Positions 1 to 8,864 are shown, counted from the first letter of the stretch. The stretch is DNA of 57,404 bases from Deltaproteobacteria bacterium RIFCSPHIGHO2_02_FULL_43_33 (GCA_001798165.1 MGRL01000004.1:1922-59325); one strand, 5' to 3'. The notes: a model not told the origin generated them from the letters alone. Numbers and translations: made by a program.

Positions 1-75
1 ATGTGTACTGACGAGTCTATCTATGTCTTCGATAAATTGTTCGTCTAATGTAATGGCAATTTTTGCTTTGCTCAT
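1..75 (-). CDS. ribbon-helix-helix (CopG/VapB-like) antitoxin, N-terminal 25 codons only; gene continues past the window start
   Basis: rc of 1-75 reads MSKAKIAITLDEQFIEDIDRLVSTH. ATG at 73-75, with GGAGG (rc of 82-86) 6 nt upstream. Not in the ORF track because there is no stop in the window. Confidence 0.45.
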   Translation of the reverse strand, partial: MSKAKIAITLDEQFIEDIDRLVSTH

Positions 76-240
76 AGGTTGCCTCCAGTATTACATTATA
101 TCATACCATTGGATTTGTCAATGTTTATGGACATAATGCCTGAAATCAACGATGATGTTACCTGCGTTCCCTTAGCAGATTATTGGGCCAATCATTTCAA
201 ATCCTTCTTGTTTAATGGTATCTGTCCCTGTTTTCCTTTA

Positions 241-340
241 GAAAAGAAAAAGGGGTCAGGTCTTGTAGAAAAGAAAAAAGAGAAAAGAAAAAAGGAAAGA
301 AAGAAAAGAAAAAAGGAAAAGAAAAAAGGGTCAGGTCTTG
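241..340. repeat. purine-only tract with 7/14-nt periodicity, bounded by direct repeats AAAAAGGG(G)TCAGGTCTTG (247-265 and 322-340)
   Basis: Direct reading: AGAAAAGAAAAAAG units repeat between the two 19-nt direct repeats. This tract accounts for the K/E-rich ORF 79-411. Confidence 0.8.
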
Positions 341-381
341 AATTATCGTTTTTTGTTCTCCCTCGCCTGAATAAGCTAAAA

Positions 382-813
382 TCACCTTTCCAATTTCACG
401 CCCATCTTTAAAGCCACTTTGGCAAGGGTCTTGTCCGAGCAGAGGAATTTGGCGCCATGGAGACTGTGGGCTATAGAGAGATGAATAGAGTCGAGGGCCT
501 TAATGCCATACTTGCTGCCAAACTCCCTTATCAAGTCGGCAGCCTTAAAATAGTGCCTGTCATCAACGGTAATTACCTCCATTTGTCCTGTCTGGAGGTC
601 GTCAAGAAATGTATTCCATATAACAGCTTCCTTCTCTTTTTCAAGTTCACGCGTTCTCACTTTCTTTGATAAGGCGGAGGCCATCTCCACAATAGTCAGG
701 CTGGAGATGTATATCCGCTCTGATTGAAGCAAGACAGCCTCTACTTTGTCGCTGTCAGGTTCAGGATAGTAAAATTTAACCAGAGAACTGGTGTCAACAA
801 AGAGGGACGACAT
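382..813 (-). CDS. vapC: PIN-domain toxin, VapC family
   Basis: 143 aa with PIN acidic positions visible (FVDTSS, IVEMAS, ALDSIHL, LCSDK). Its start overlaps the upstream antitoxin stop by 1 nt. Confidence 0.85.
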   Translation of the reverse strand: MSSLFVDTSSLVKFYYPEPDSDKVEAVLLQSERIYISSLTIVEMASALSKKVRTRELEKEKEAVIWNTFLDDLQTGQMEVITVDDRHYFKAADLIREFGSKYGIKALDSIHLSIAHSLHGAKFLCSDKTLAKVALKMGVKLER

Positions 814-1052
814 TAATATGCCTCCTCTTCCCTTGATTCAGCAACAACCTCTGACAATGGCCTCCCTTTTGCAATAATTAATGCCCTTAACTCTTTATGG
901 CTCTCCAGACGGCGTTTTGCCTTTTTCTTGATAGGCTTGATTATAGCAATGGGTTCATTCCTTTTAGAGATAATGATTTCTTCCCCCTTCTCTACTTTTG
1001 AAAGGTATTCTGTAAGGTGCTGGCGCGCCTCTTTTATCCCTGCAGTAATCAT
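813..1052 (-). CDS. Phd/YefM-type antitoxin
   Basis: MITAGIKEARQHLTEYLSKVEKGEEIIISKRNEPIAIIKPI matches the Phd/YefM N-terminal pattern. Start moved to ATG 1050-1052 because AGGAGGTG lies just upstream. Paired with the PIN gene. Confidence 0.8.
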   Translation of the reverse strand: MITAGIKEARQHLTEYLSKVEKGEEIIISKRNEPIAIIKPIKKKAKRRLESHKELRALIIAKGRPLSEVVAESREEEAY

Positions 1053-1257
1053 AAAGTCACCTCCTTGCGCATTATGACTACCAGTGTACACATGAGTGTG
1101 TTATCTGTCAAGAAATGTTTTGCAAGGTGTTTTGCAAGGATGTTGTCTAATTTTTTACACAGGGAAAAGACGAGGAAAATAGAGATGAGGCTGGGAGATG
1201 GGCAAGGTGCAGTAGCTTGTTACGCGGCAAACAATATAGGATTTCCCTGTCCATATT

Positions 1258-1950
1258 CTACAAAGCGAACTCCAGATAGTACTGATATGGCAGAAAATCC
1301 AGGGATTTTGTAAGCCGGTACCCCGCCTGTTTGAACTCCTTTTTCACCTCTTCCTCAGATATCTTGTGAGCAACTGATTGCGGGCCAACAGGCAAAGGCT
1401 TTTTGTAGAAGTCAACAATAACAATCCTGCCGTTTGGTTTGAGCGCCTTTGACAGTTTCTTTAAGTAACTTACCCTGTTTTCAATATGATGATATGTGTT
1501 GCAAATGAATATGACATCAACAGACTTTGAAGGAAGCCCTGCGTCATCCGGCTTAACAACCCTGGCCTCATAATTTGTTAGTCTCCGTTTCTTTGCATCT
1601 TCTTTCATATAGTCAACCATGGACGGTTCTATATCCAAACCAATAGCCTTGCCTTCAGGGCCTACAGCTACTGCAAAGAGACGGGTAAAATATCCTGTGC
1701 CAGCGCCAATATCAGCAACAGTACCTCCGGGTTTAAGTTCCAGTTTTTTCACAACATCTTCAGGTTTCTGCCATTCTGCCCTTTCAGGGGCTTCAAAGAT
1801 ATCAATCCATTTCTGAATTTCATTGAATCTCTGCTGGGAAAGGGATGCCTTATGTTTGTGTTCGTCTGTCCAACCTGTTAAGGGATATAACAGCAATGCG
1901 AAGACAGAGATTAAGGTGAGCAATTTCCTTGTATGCAGTTTGACTTTCAC
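1258..1950 (-). CDS. class I SAM-dependent methyltransferase with an N-terminal signal-like segment
   Basis: Motif I VADIGAGTGYFT. Hydrophobic N-terminus LLTLISVFALLLYPLTGW. Confidence 0.75.
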   Translation of the reverse strand: MKVKLHTRKLLTLISVFALLLYPLTGWTDEHKHKASLSQQRFNEIQKWIDIFEAPERAEWQKPEDVVKKLELKPGGTVADIGAGTGYFTRLFAVAVGPEGKAIGLDIEPSMVDYMKEDAKKRRLTNYEARVVKPDDAGLPSKSVDVIFICNTYHHIENRVSYLKKLSKALKPNGRIVIVDFYKKPLPVGPQSVAHKISEEEVKKEFKQAGYRLTKSLDFLPYQYYLEFAL

Positions 1951-2012
1951 AATACCCCCTATCTTCCGTATTCTCCCTGAGTAGCCGCGTAAGCGGGCCG
2001 TTAAGCCTGCTG

Positions 2013-2603
2013 TTAGCGAGAAAGCGCCTTCATCGCCTCAACGAAAATGTTTGTAGCTGCAGAAATCAGCTCTTCTCGCTTGGGAATGTAATCTTTTAAG
2101 CTTGGCTTCACCGCCTGGTTGTAAGCCTTCAGCACTTGGGCCGTCACGTCTGGCGCGTTATTTCGGAGGATGTGCTCAAATCGAGTCACGTACTGGTCGC
2201 CATAGATTTTCTGTCGCGTCGGCTCCCCGCGCTTCAGACCCACTTCCAGTTCCCACATGGCTTGGCGGAACGCTTGGTCGAGCTCAATGATCTTGATGCG
2301 TCGGATGGTTTTGCGAGTAACCGGCACGCCATCTATGAAGAACGCTTCGTCTTTGTCGTAGGGGACGATGATCTCGTCGATCAGTCGGCCGAACGGCAGG
2401 TTGAGAAGCACGAGCTGTCCTGTGCGACCCTCTACTTCAGCAGCGACCCCAAACTGGACTCGGTCTGCAGATCCTTGTTTTCCTCTGCCACTTGGCCTCC
2501 CCTTGCTCGCAACATTTAATATACGAATTTCCGGTTTTCCAATTTCTGGCCGGAATATAGCACATCTAAAAGATTTTTCAAAGAAAAACCGCATAAAAAT
2601 CAA
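2013..2603 (-). CDS. hypothetical protein in a G+C-rich patch; the 5' end is doubtful and the gene may be a truncated foreign remnant
   Basis: Long ORF with GAC/CTC/CGC/GTC-rich codon usage unlike its neighbours. There is no ATG inside the G+C-rich part. The annotated N-terminus lies in A+T-rich local sequence. Confidence 0.4.
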   Translation of the reverse strand: MIFMRFFFEKSFRCAIFRPEIGKPEIRILNVASKGRPSGRGKQGSADRVQFGVAAEVEGRTGQLVLLNLPFGRLIDEIIVPYDKDEAFFIDGVPVTRKTIRRIKIIELDQAFRQAMWELEVGLKRGEPTRQKIYGDQYVTRFEHILRNNAPDVTAQVLKAYNQAVKPSLKDYIPKREELISAATNIFVEAMKALSR

Positions 2604-2675
2604 TCTTTTCTCTTTAAATATTCTTTAAAATATGTTACCTACTTCGAATACAGAAAATGAAGATTGGGAGGCTAA

Positions 2676-4070
2676 ATGCAGGAATTTGATGTCGTTATTA
2701 TAGGCGGCGGCCCCGGGGGATATGTGGCTGCTATAAGAGGCGCGCAGCTTGGCGCAAAGGTTGCAATTGTTGAAAAAAAGAGTTTGGGCGGCACATGCCT
2801 CAACAGGGGATGTATTCCCACAAAGGCGTTGTATGCAAGCGCAAAGACTCTTGTGGCAGCAAAAAAGGCGGGTAATTTTGGTGTTAACATAAAAGACATT
2901 GCTTTTGACCTTTCAAAGGCGGTTGCAAGAAAAAATGATGTGGTTACTAAACTTGTCGGAGGCGTAAGGCAACTTTTGAAAGGCAATGGCATTGAGATTT
3001 TTGAGGGAGAGGCCTTTCTGGAAAATGCCGGGCAGGTGAGGATTACGCGGGCAGACGGTTTGAAAGGGACAATAACTGCCAAGAAAATAATTATTGCCAC
3101 CGGCTCTGAACCGGCCATGATTCCTGTATTCAATATTGATAAAAAGAATATTATCACCTCAACAGAAATGCTTGACCTTCAGACTGTTCCAAAGACTCTG
3201 CTGATTATCGGCGGCGGCGTAATGGGGTGCGAGTTTGCCGGCATATTTGCCGACTTTGGAAGCAAGGTTACTATCGCAGAACTACTCCCGACCATACTTG
3301 CAACAGAGGATAAGCAGGTTTCGAGGGTGATATTAAAGAACTTCAAGGATAAAGGTATTGATGTATTTACAGAAGTTTCTGTGCAAAGTGTTCAAGATAC
3401 AGGAAATGGCGTAAAGACGATTCTTGCTGACGGCAAAGAGTTTGTAACAGAAAAGGTGATGGTGTCTATTGGCAGGAGTTTTAATTCTCAAGGGTTTGGC
3501 CTTGAGGCATTGGGCGTGAAGACAGAAAAGGGAAGGATTGTTGTAAATGACAAGATGGAGACAAATGTTCAGGGCGTATATGCTGCCGGTGATGTAATCG
3601 GCGGGATGCTCTTAGCGCATATAGCATCAAGCGAGGGAATTGTTGCTGTAAATAATGCGCTTGGAAAAGATGTAAAGATGGATTATTCTATTGTGCCGGC
3701 AGGCATATTCACAGACCCTGAGATTGCAAGCGTTGGTCTGCGGGAAAAGGATGCAAAGGAAAAAGGGATGGAGGTTGCTATCGGCAGATTCCCTTATATA
3801 GCATCCGGCAAGGCTTTGTGCATGGGTGAAGAAGAGGGGTTTGTGCAGATTCTATCAGACCCCGGCACTGATGAAGTTCTCGGCTGCTCCATTGTCGGCG
3901 CCCATGCAACTGATCTAATTCAGGAGGTTGCAGTTGCCATGAAAGCGGGAGTAAAGATAAAAGAGATAGCGGAAACCATCCACGCCCATCCGACCCTGCC
4001 TGAATTAGTCATGGAAGCGGCAGAGGATGTGCATGGGATGGCGATACATAAGGTAGGAAGAAAAAAATAG
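2676..4070 (+). CDS. lpdA: dihydrolipoyl dehydrogenase (E3)
   Basis: GGGPGGY FAD motif, redox-active CLNRGCIPTK, second dinucleotide motif GGGVMGCE, C-terminal HAHPTLPE. Confidence 0.93.
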   Translation: MQEFDVVIIGGGPGGYVAAIRGAQLGAKVAIVEKKSLGGTCLNRGCIPTKALYASAKTLVAAKKAGNFGVNIKDIAFDLSKAVARKNDVVTKLVGGVRQLLKGNGIEIFEGEAFLENAGQVRITRADGLKGTITAKKIIIATGSEPAMIPVFNIDKKNIITSTEMLDLQTVPKTLLIIGGGVMGCEFAGIFADFGSKVTIAELLPTILATEDKQVSRVILKNFKDKGIDVFTEVSVQSVQDTGNGVKTILADGKEFVTEKVMVSIGRSFNSQGFGLEALGVKTEKGRIVVNDKMETNVQGVYAAGDVIGGMLLAHIASSEGIVAVNNALGKDVKMDYSIVPAGIFTDPEIASVGLREKDAKEKGMEVAIGRFPYIASGKALCMGEEEGFVQILSDPGTDEVLGCSIVGAHATDLIQEVAVAMKAGVKIKEIAETIHAHPTLPELVMEAAEDVHGMAIHKVGRKK

Positions 4071-4100
4071 AATTTTAAAATCTTTATCGGCAAAACAAAT

Positions 4101-4490
4101 ATGATAAACATCCAGAAGCAAATTGAATATTGGCGCAGCGGCGCATGGGAAGATTGGCAGGTTGGTCTGGAACTGATTGGCAGAAACCGTATCAGGCATG
4201 GTCTCGTTTTTATCCATCTTGCTCTTGAAAAGATTTTGAAGGCCCATGTATGCCGTAAGATCAATGATATCGCCCCGCCTATTCATAATCTTATAAGACT
4301 TGCTGAAAAGGCCGGCTTGCAAACTGCCGAAGAACAAGAAAACCTTTTGGCTGAGGCAAATGAGTTCAATATAGAAGGACGTTATCCTGAATTGTTGCTG
4401 CCCATTCCGACTATGGAAGAAGCAAACAATTTTATGGTTCGCGCAGAGGAGGTATTCAAATGGTTGACAAAGCTGTTAGAGCATCTGTAG
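4101..4490 (+). CDS. HEPN domain protein (toxin-like partner of the downstream nucleotidyltransferase)
   Basis: ALEKILKAH, IHNLIRL and GRYPE are classic HEPN signatures. R-NRIR-H fits Rx4H. Overlaps the next gene by 31 nt. Confidence 0.7.
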   Translation: MINIQKQIEYWRSGAWEDWQVGLELIGRNRIRHGLVFIHLALEKILKAHVCRKINDIAPPIHNLIRLAEKAGLQTAEEQENLLAEANEFNIEGRYPELLLPIPTMEEANNFMVRAEEVFKWLTKLLEHL

Positions 4491-4783
4491 AAGCTTTTCT
4501 GAGAAAGGTTCTCAAAAACGGGGTTTCTGTGCGATGCGGTGTCATATTCGGTTCACAGGCGACAGGGCGGTCAAGCTCACTCAGCGATATAGACCTTCTG
4601 GTAGTATCTGCCAGATTTGATGAAAGGCGGGAAAGGAAGGACATAAACATGCTCTGGCATCTCGCAGCAAGGACAGACAGCCGTATTGAACCGATCCCTT
4701 GCGGAGAGAAACAGTGGCTTGAAGATGATTCCAGCGCAATTATAGAGATTGCAAGGCGGGAAGGGGAGATTGTGGAGGTGTAA
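4460..4783 (+). CDS. minimal nucleotidyltransferase (MNT) domain protein
   Basis: FGSQATGRSSSLSDIDLLVV fits the GSx(n)DxD MNT motif. Confidence 0.8.
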   Translation: MVDKAVRASVEAFLRKVLKNGVSVRCGVIFGSQATGRSSSLSDIDLLVVSARFDERRERKDINMLWHLAARTDSRIEPIPCGEKQWLEDDSSAIIEIARREGEIVEV

Positions 4784-4960
4784 GTCTGAAGTAAGATATG
4801 TGTTTGCCGCATTTCAGTAGTAAGGTTTGGTTGTGTTTTTCAACCCAACGATTTCTTGCTATTGTGTTTAGCGAAGTTCAACCCAACTACAACCATTCAG
4901 TGGGTGTAAAAATAGAATTATAAAATCCGTCTTTATTATAAGAGCGGCAAGGAGAAATCA

Positions 4961-6196
4961 ATGGCCTTAATAGTCCAAAAATACGGCGGCACATCTGTCG
5001 GCAATGTGGAGAGGATTAGAAATGTTGCCATAAGGGTTGCACAGACAAAAAAGAAAGGCCATAAGGTTATTGTGGTTGTGTCTGCCATGTCAGGAGAGAC
5101 TAATAAACTTGTGGACCTTGCAAACCAGACAAAGGAATTTCCCATTGGCAGGGAATATGATGTGGTTGTGTCGACCGGCGAGCAGGTTACCATCGGACTT
5201 CTATCTCTTGCGCTTCAGGATTTGGGTTTTGGCGCAAAATCATTTCTTGGCTATCAGGTGCCGATTATAACTGACAATGCATTCAGCAAGGCAAGGATTG
5301 AAGAGATAGAGACGGCTAATATATTTTCTGAACTTAAAAAAGGAAATATAGTTGTGGTTGCAGGTTTTCAGGGTGTGGACAGAAACGGCAACATAACAAC
5401 CCTTGGCAGAGGCGGCTCTGATACAACCGCTGTAGCATTAGCAGCAGCATTAAAGGCAGATGTGTGCGAGATATATACAGATGTAGAAGGCGTATATACA
5501 ACAGATCCGAATATATGCCCTGATGCAAGGAAGCTAAAAAAGGTCTCTTATGACGAGATGCTGGAAATGGCAAGTCTCGGCGCAAAGGTTTTACAGACAA
5601 GGTCTGTTGAATTTGCAAAGAAGTATAATGTCCCTGTGATGGTGAAATCATCATTTACCGATGCCGAAGGCACGCTTGTTACAAAGGAGGATAAATCTAT
5701 GGAAAAGGTGATTGTCTCTGGTGTTACTTATAATAAGGATGAGGCAAAGATAACTATTGCGAGAGTGCCTGACAGGCCTGGGATTGCAGCAAAGCTCTTT
5801 GCCCCGCTTACCAAGGCAAATATAAATGTTGATATGATTGTCCAGAATGTAAGTCATGACACTTACACAGATTTGACATTCACGGTATCAAAGGCTGATT
5901 TTAAGAAGGCATTGCAGCTTGTAGAAAAGACTGCAAAGGTGATAAAGGCAGGGAAGGTGCTTTCTGACACGAGCATCGCAAAGGTATCCATTGTAGGCGC
6001 AGGCATGAGGAGCCATGCAGGCGTTGCATCCAAGATGTTTGAGACTATGGCAAAGGAAGGGATAAACATCCAGATGATTTCAACATCTGAAATAAAAATT
6101 TCTGCAGTAATAGATATAAAATATACAGAGCTTGCAGTGAGGGTTTTGCATAAGGCATTTGAGTTGGGCAAGGAAGAGGTAACGGAGGAGAAGTGA
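4961..6196 (+). CDS. lysC: aspartate kinase
   Basis: N-terminal VQKYGGTSV. Kinase core followed by two ACT-like C-terminal repeats. Confidence 0.92.
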   Translation: MALIVQKYGGTSVGNVERIRNVAIRVAQTKKKGHKVIVVVSAMSGETNKLVDLANQTKEFPIGREYDVVVSTGEQVTIGLLSLALQDLGFGAKSFLGYQVPIITDNAFSKARIEEIETANIFSELKKGNIVVVAGFQGVDRNGNITTLGRGGSDTTAVALAAALKADVCEIYTDVEGVYTTDPNICPDARKLKKVSYDEMLEMASLGAKVLQTRSVEFAKKYNVPVMVKSSFTDAEGTLVTKEDKSMEKVIVSGVTYNKDEAKITIARVPDRPGIAAKLFAPLTKANINVDMIVQNVSHDTYTDLTFTVSKADFKKALQLVEKTAKVIKAGKVLSDTSIAKVSIVGAGMRSHAGVASKMFETMAKEGINIQMISTSEIKISAVIDIKYTELAVRVLHKAFELGKEEVTEEK

Positions 6197-7851
6197 CTGT
6201 TAAACTCTATGACACAACATTAAGAGACGGCACTCAGGCAGAGGATATAAATTTCTCTGTTGAGGATAAGGTGCGGATTGCGCAGAAGTTGGACGAGCTT
6301 GGCATCCATTATATTGAGGGCGGATGGCCTGGCTCAAATCCACGTGATATTCAGTTTTTCAAAGCAATCCAGTCTGTAAGGTTTGCGAACTCAAGGTTGG
6401 TTGCCTTTGGAAGTACAAGGAGGGCTGGCGTAAAGACAAAGAATGATGCAAATATAAAGGCCCTTTTAAAGGCAAACACCAAAGCTATCACTATATTTGG
6501 TAAGAGTTGGGACCTGCATGTGAAAGAGGCCTTAAAAATCTCTTTAGAAGAAAACCTTGAGCTTATCCGTGATTCTATCAGCTACCTGAAGGATAAGGTT
6601 GAAGAGGTATTCTATGATGCAGAACATTTCTTTGACGGTTATAAGGCAAATCCAGAGTATGCCTTAAAAACACTCAAGGCTGCGCAGGAAGGCGGAGCAG
6701 AGTGCCTTATCTTGTGCGATACAAACGGCGGGACATTGTCTGATGAACTCATTGAGGTTATGCGGGATGTGAAGCATCATGTAAATGCCCCTCTGGGTAT
6801 TCATGCCCATAATGATTCAGAGGCTGCTGTTGCAAATTCCATCCTTGCAGTAAAGGAAGGGGCTGTGCAGGTGCATGGCACTATAAATGGTTTTGGCGAA
6901 AGATGCGGGAATGCAAATCTCTGCTCAATTATCCCGAACCTTAAACTGAAGATGGGTATAGACTGCATAAGCTCTGAGCAGCTCCGAAAACTGAGAGAGA
7001 CATCCAGATTTATCTACGAGCTGGCAAATCTGCCTCACAATAAACATCAAGCTTATGTTGGAGACAGCGCCTTTGCCCATAAAGGCGGCGTGCATGTAAG
7101 CGCAGTCTTAAAAAGGCCGGATACCTATGAACATATCAAGCCTGATTTGGTTGGCAATCATCAGAGGGTTTTGGTCTCTGACCTTTCCGGGAGGTCAAAT
7201 ATCTTGTATAAGGCGCAGGAGTTTGGCATTGATATAAAGAGCAAAGACCCGGTTGTCCAGAACATTCTCAAAACCCTTAAAGAGCTTGAACATCAGGGCT
7301 TTCAATATGAAGGCGCAGAGGCATCATTTGAATTGTTGATGCAGAAGGCGATGAAGCAGAGGAAAAAATATTTTAAACTTCTGGGCTTCAGGGTGATTGA
7401 TGAAAAGAAGAAGGAAAGTGAGCCGCCGTATGCTGAGGCAACGATAAAGCTTGAAGTTGATGGCAAGGTTGAGCATGCGGCCAGCGAAGGGAATGGCCCT
7501 GTGAATGCCTTAGATAATGCCTTGAGAAAGGCATTGGAGAAGTTTTATCCTAATTTAAAGGATGTGGAGCTTCTTGACTTTAAGGTTCGTGTGTTGACTG
7601 CCGGCAAAGGCACTGCCGCATCTGTCAGGGTTTTGGTAGAGTCAGGGGATGGAAAGGAAAAATGGGGGACTGTCGGCGTATCTGAAAATGTGATTGAGGC
7701 AAGCTGGCAGGCCTTAGTTGACAGCCTTGAGTATAAGCTCTATAAAGATGAAAGGCAAATTATGAAGCAAGCAAGAAAGGGGTCAGGGGTCAAGGGCCTG
7801 CCCTCGAGTGTTTCTATCGGGGGTCAAGGGTCAAGAAAGACCCAAAAATAG
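6193..7851 (+). CDS. cimA: citramalate synthase / 2-isopropylmalate synthase family, with a repeat-encoded C-terminal tail
   Basis: [13 protein letters not shown]...[14 protein letters not shown] matches the CimA-type N-terminus. GTG start overlaps the lysC stop. The last ~24 aa ([23 protein letters not shown]) and the stop are encoded by repeats at 7779-7851. Confidence 0.85.
   Translation: MTVKLYDTTLRDGTQAEDINFSVEDKVRIAQKLDELGIHYIEGGWPGSNPRDIQFFKAIQSVRFANSRLVAFGSTRRAGVKTKNDANIKALLKANTKAITIFGKSWDLHVKEALKISLEENLELIRDSISYLKDKVEEVFYDAEHFFDGYKANPEYALKTLKAAQEGGAECLILCDTNGGTLSDELIEVMRDVKHHVNAPLGIHAHNDSEAAVANSILAVKEGAVQVHGTINGFGERCGNANLCSIIPNLKLKMGIDCISSEQLRKLRETSRFIYELANLPHNKHQAYVGDSAFAHKGGVHVSAVLKRPDTYEHIKPDLVGNHQRVLVSDLSGRSNILYKAQEFGIDIKSKDPVVQNILKTLKELEHQGFQYEGAEASFELLMQKAMKQRKKYFKLLGFRVIDEKKKESEPPYAEATIKLEVDGKVEHAASEGNGPVNALDNALRKALEKFYPNLKDVELLDFKVRVLTAGKGTAASVRVLVESGDGKEKWGTVGVSENVIEASWQALVDSLEYKLYKDERQIMKQARKGSGVKGLPSSVSIGGQGSRKTQK
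7779..7839 (+). repeat. composite element: heptamer arrays (GTCAGGG GTCAAGG / GTCAAGG GTCAAGA) flanking hairpin core CCTGCCCTCGAGTGTTTCTATCGGGGG (7797-7823)
   Basis: Direct reading. Related cores occur at 11429-11455, 23912-23937 and, as the reverse complement, at 52642-52668. Confidence 0.85.
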
Positions 7852-8035
7852 GCTTTGATTTTTGGGGAAACCTGCAAGTTGCCTGCCAGACGAGGCAGAG
7901 GCCATTTTTGCGACGAGCCGTATATCACCAATACGGTGAGGAGCAAAAATGCGCCGATAACGAAGTATGGCAGGCATCCGCCTAAGGCGGACGCAGGTTT
8001 GTAAAATAGCGAGGTTTTTAATCGCTATTTTACGG
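7841..8035 (+). repeat. ~195-nt structured repeat, copy A (rod-like nested helices plus terminal hairpins)
   Basis: Near-identical to the rc of 17350-17532, apart from an extra CCGCCTAAGGCGG hairpin (7978-7990). Nested pairings: 7868-7875/7993-8000, 7879-7887/7969-7976, 7903-7911/7943-7951, 7918-7923/7931-7936. 5' hairpin at 7841-7866 and 3' hairpin at 8001-8033. Confidence 0.85.
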
Positions 8036-8052
8036 AAAGACTTAGGCGAGCT

Positions 8053-8658
8053 ATGGCAGTTAAAGACGCCGATAAATTGGTAACTACAAGTGCAAAAAAT
8101 CAATCACAAAACATTGCCCTCCTTATCATAGCACTTTTTCTTGTTGCCATTTATTTTCTGAAGGAATTTTACATACAGAGAGAGCCTGCCCAAATTACTT
8201 CTGTCTCCTCAGCAGAACAAACCGTTCTCGAGGTCGAAGATTCTGCCGGTACCAGCAAGGTCTATACATTCTCCAAGGAAGCTTCTTTAAAAGATGTGAT
8301 ATCTAAAACCGAAAAAACCCCCCTTAATCCCCCTTTATCAAAGGGGGAAAAAGGGGGATTAAATTACTCGGACAAAGTTAAAACCGGTTCAAAGATTACA
8401 ATCAGCAAAGACGGCTCTGCTCAAATAGGCTTGATGAGCGGAGAAAAACACCTCATCTTCTCCATTCCTCTAAATATAAACAAGGCTACTGCACAGGATT
8501 TTGAAGCCCTGCCCGGTATTGGGCCAAAATTGGGAGAGCGGATTATTGAAAAGAGAGAAAAGCTTGGGGGATTTAAAACTATTGATGACCTTAAAAAGGT
8601 AAAGGGGATTGGGGAGAAAAAGTTTGAGAAGATAAAGGGAATGATAAGTGTTGAGTGA
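8053..8658 (+). CDS. comEA: ComEA-type DNA-binding competence protein
   Basis: N-terminal TM helix. C-terminal tandem helix-hairpin-helix (LPGIGPKLGERII, VKGIGEKKFEKI). Confidence 0.8.
   Translation: MAVKDADKLVTTSAKNQSQNIALLIIALFLVAIYFLKEFYIQREPAQITSVSSAEQTVLEVEDSAGTSKVYTFSKEASLKDVISKTEKTPLNPPLSKGEKGGLNYSDKVKTGSKITISKDGSAQIGLMSGEKHLIFSIPLNINKATAQDFEALPGIGPKLGERIIEKREKLGGFKTIDDLKKVKGIGEKKFEKIKGMISVE
8318..8362. repeat. REP-like palindrome inside comEA
   Basis: TTAATCCCCCT (8324-8334) pairs with AGGGGGATTAA (8352-8362). Translated in frame as PLNPPLSKGEKGGLN. Confidence 0.75.
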
Positions 8659-8864
8659 AGAGAGTAGATATTCTCTAAATTTCCTTAGTGAAAGCCATGA
8701 AGACATGGGGTCAAACCTTCAAAAATCATTTGAAAAGATGGTGAAGTCAAGTGCAATATAGGGCGGGGATAGTTAATAGGTGCGGCTTATTTTGTTTGAA
8801 AAAAAGTGTGATGATGTGTTAAAAGTATAAGTCAAATCTACACTATAGATTGCGAGGCTTATTG

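Noticed and set aside
79-411. 110-aa plus-strand ORF rich in K/E (KKKEKRKKERKKRKKEKKK)
   Set aside because: It is produced entirely by the purine-only tandem tract at 241-340. It has no SD and no domain, and it overlaps the vapC 3' end, so I treat it as an artefact of the repeat.
2672-3157. 161-aa ORF antisense to lpdA, and similar antisense ORFs inside lysC, leuS, murJ, tolB, the rSAM gene and others
   Set aside because: They lie fully inside strongly supported genes on the opposite strand. They are low-complexity or hydrophobic translations with no motifs.
4784-4960. Possible lysine riboswitch upstream of lysC
   Set aside because: I could not find the conserved L-box elements or a multi-stem junction. 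There are only two short TTCAACCCAAC direct repeats.
8001-8033. The 12-bp-stem hairpins (8001, 17352, 28590) and the hairpins at 13004 and 24881 as intrinsic terminators
   Set aside because: None is followed by a U-tract on either strand. They are reported as repeats instead.
7831-8103. 90-aa minus-strand ORF across the cimA-comEA spacer
   Set aside because: It lies inside the structured repeat. The second, near-identical repeat copy (17350-17532) does not preserve an equivalent ORF, so the repeat is non-coding.
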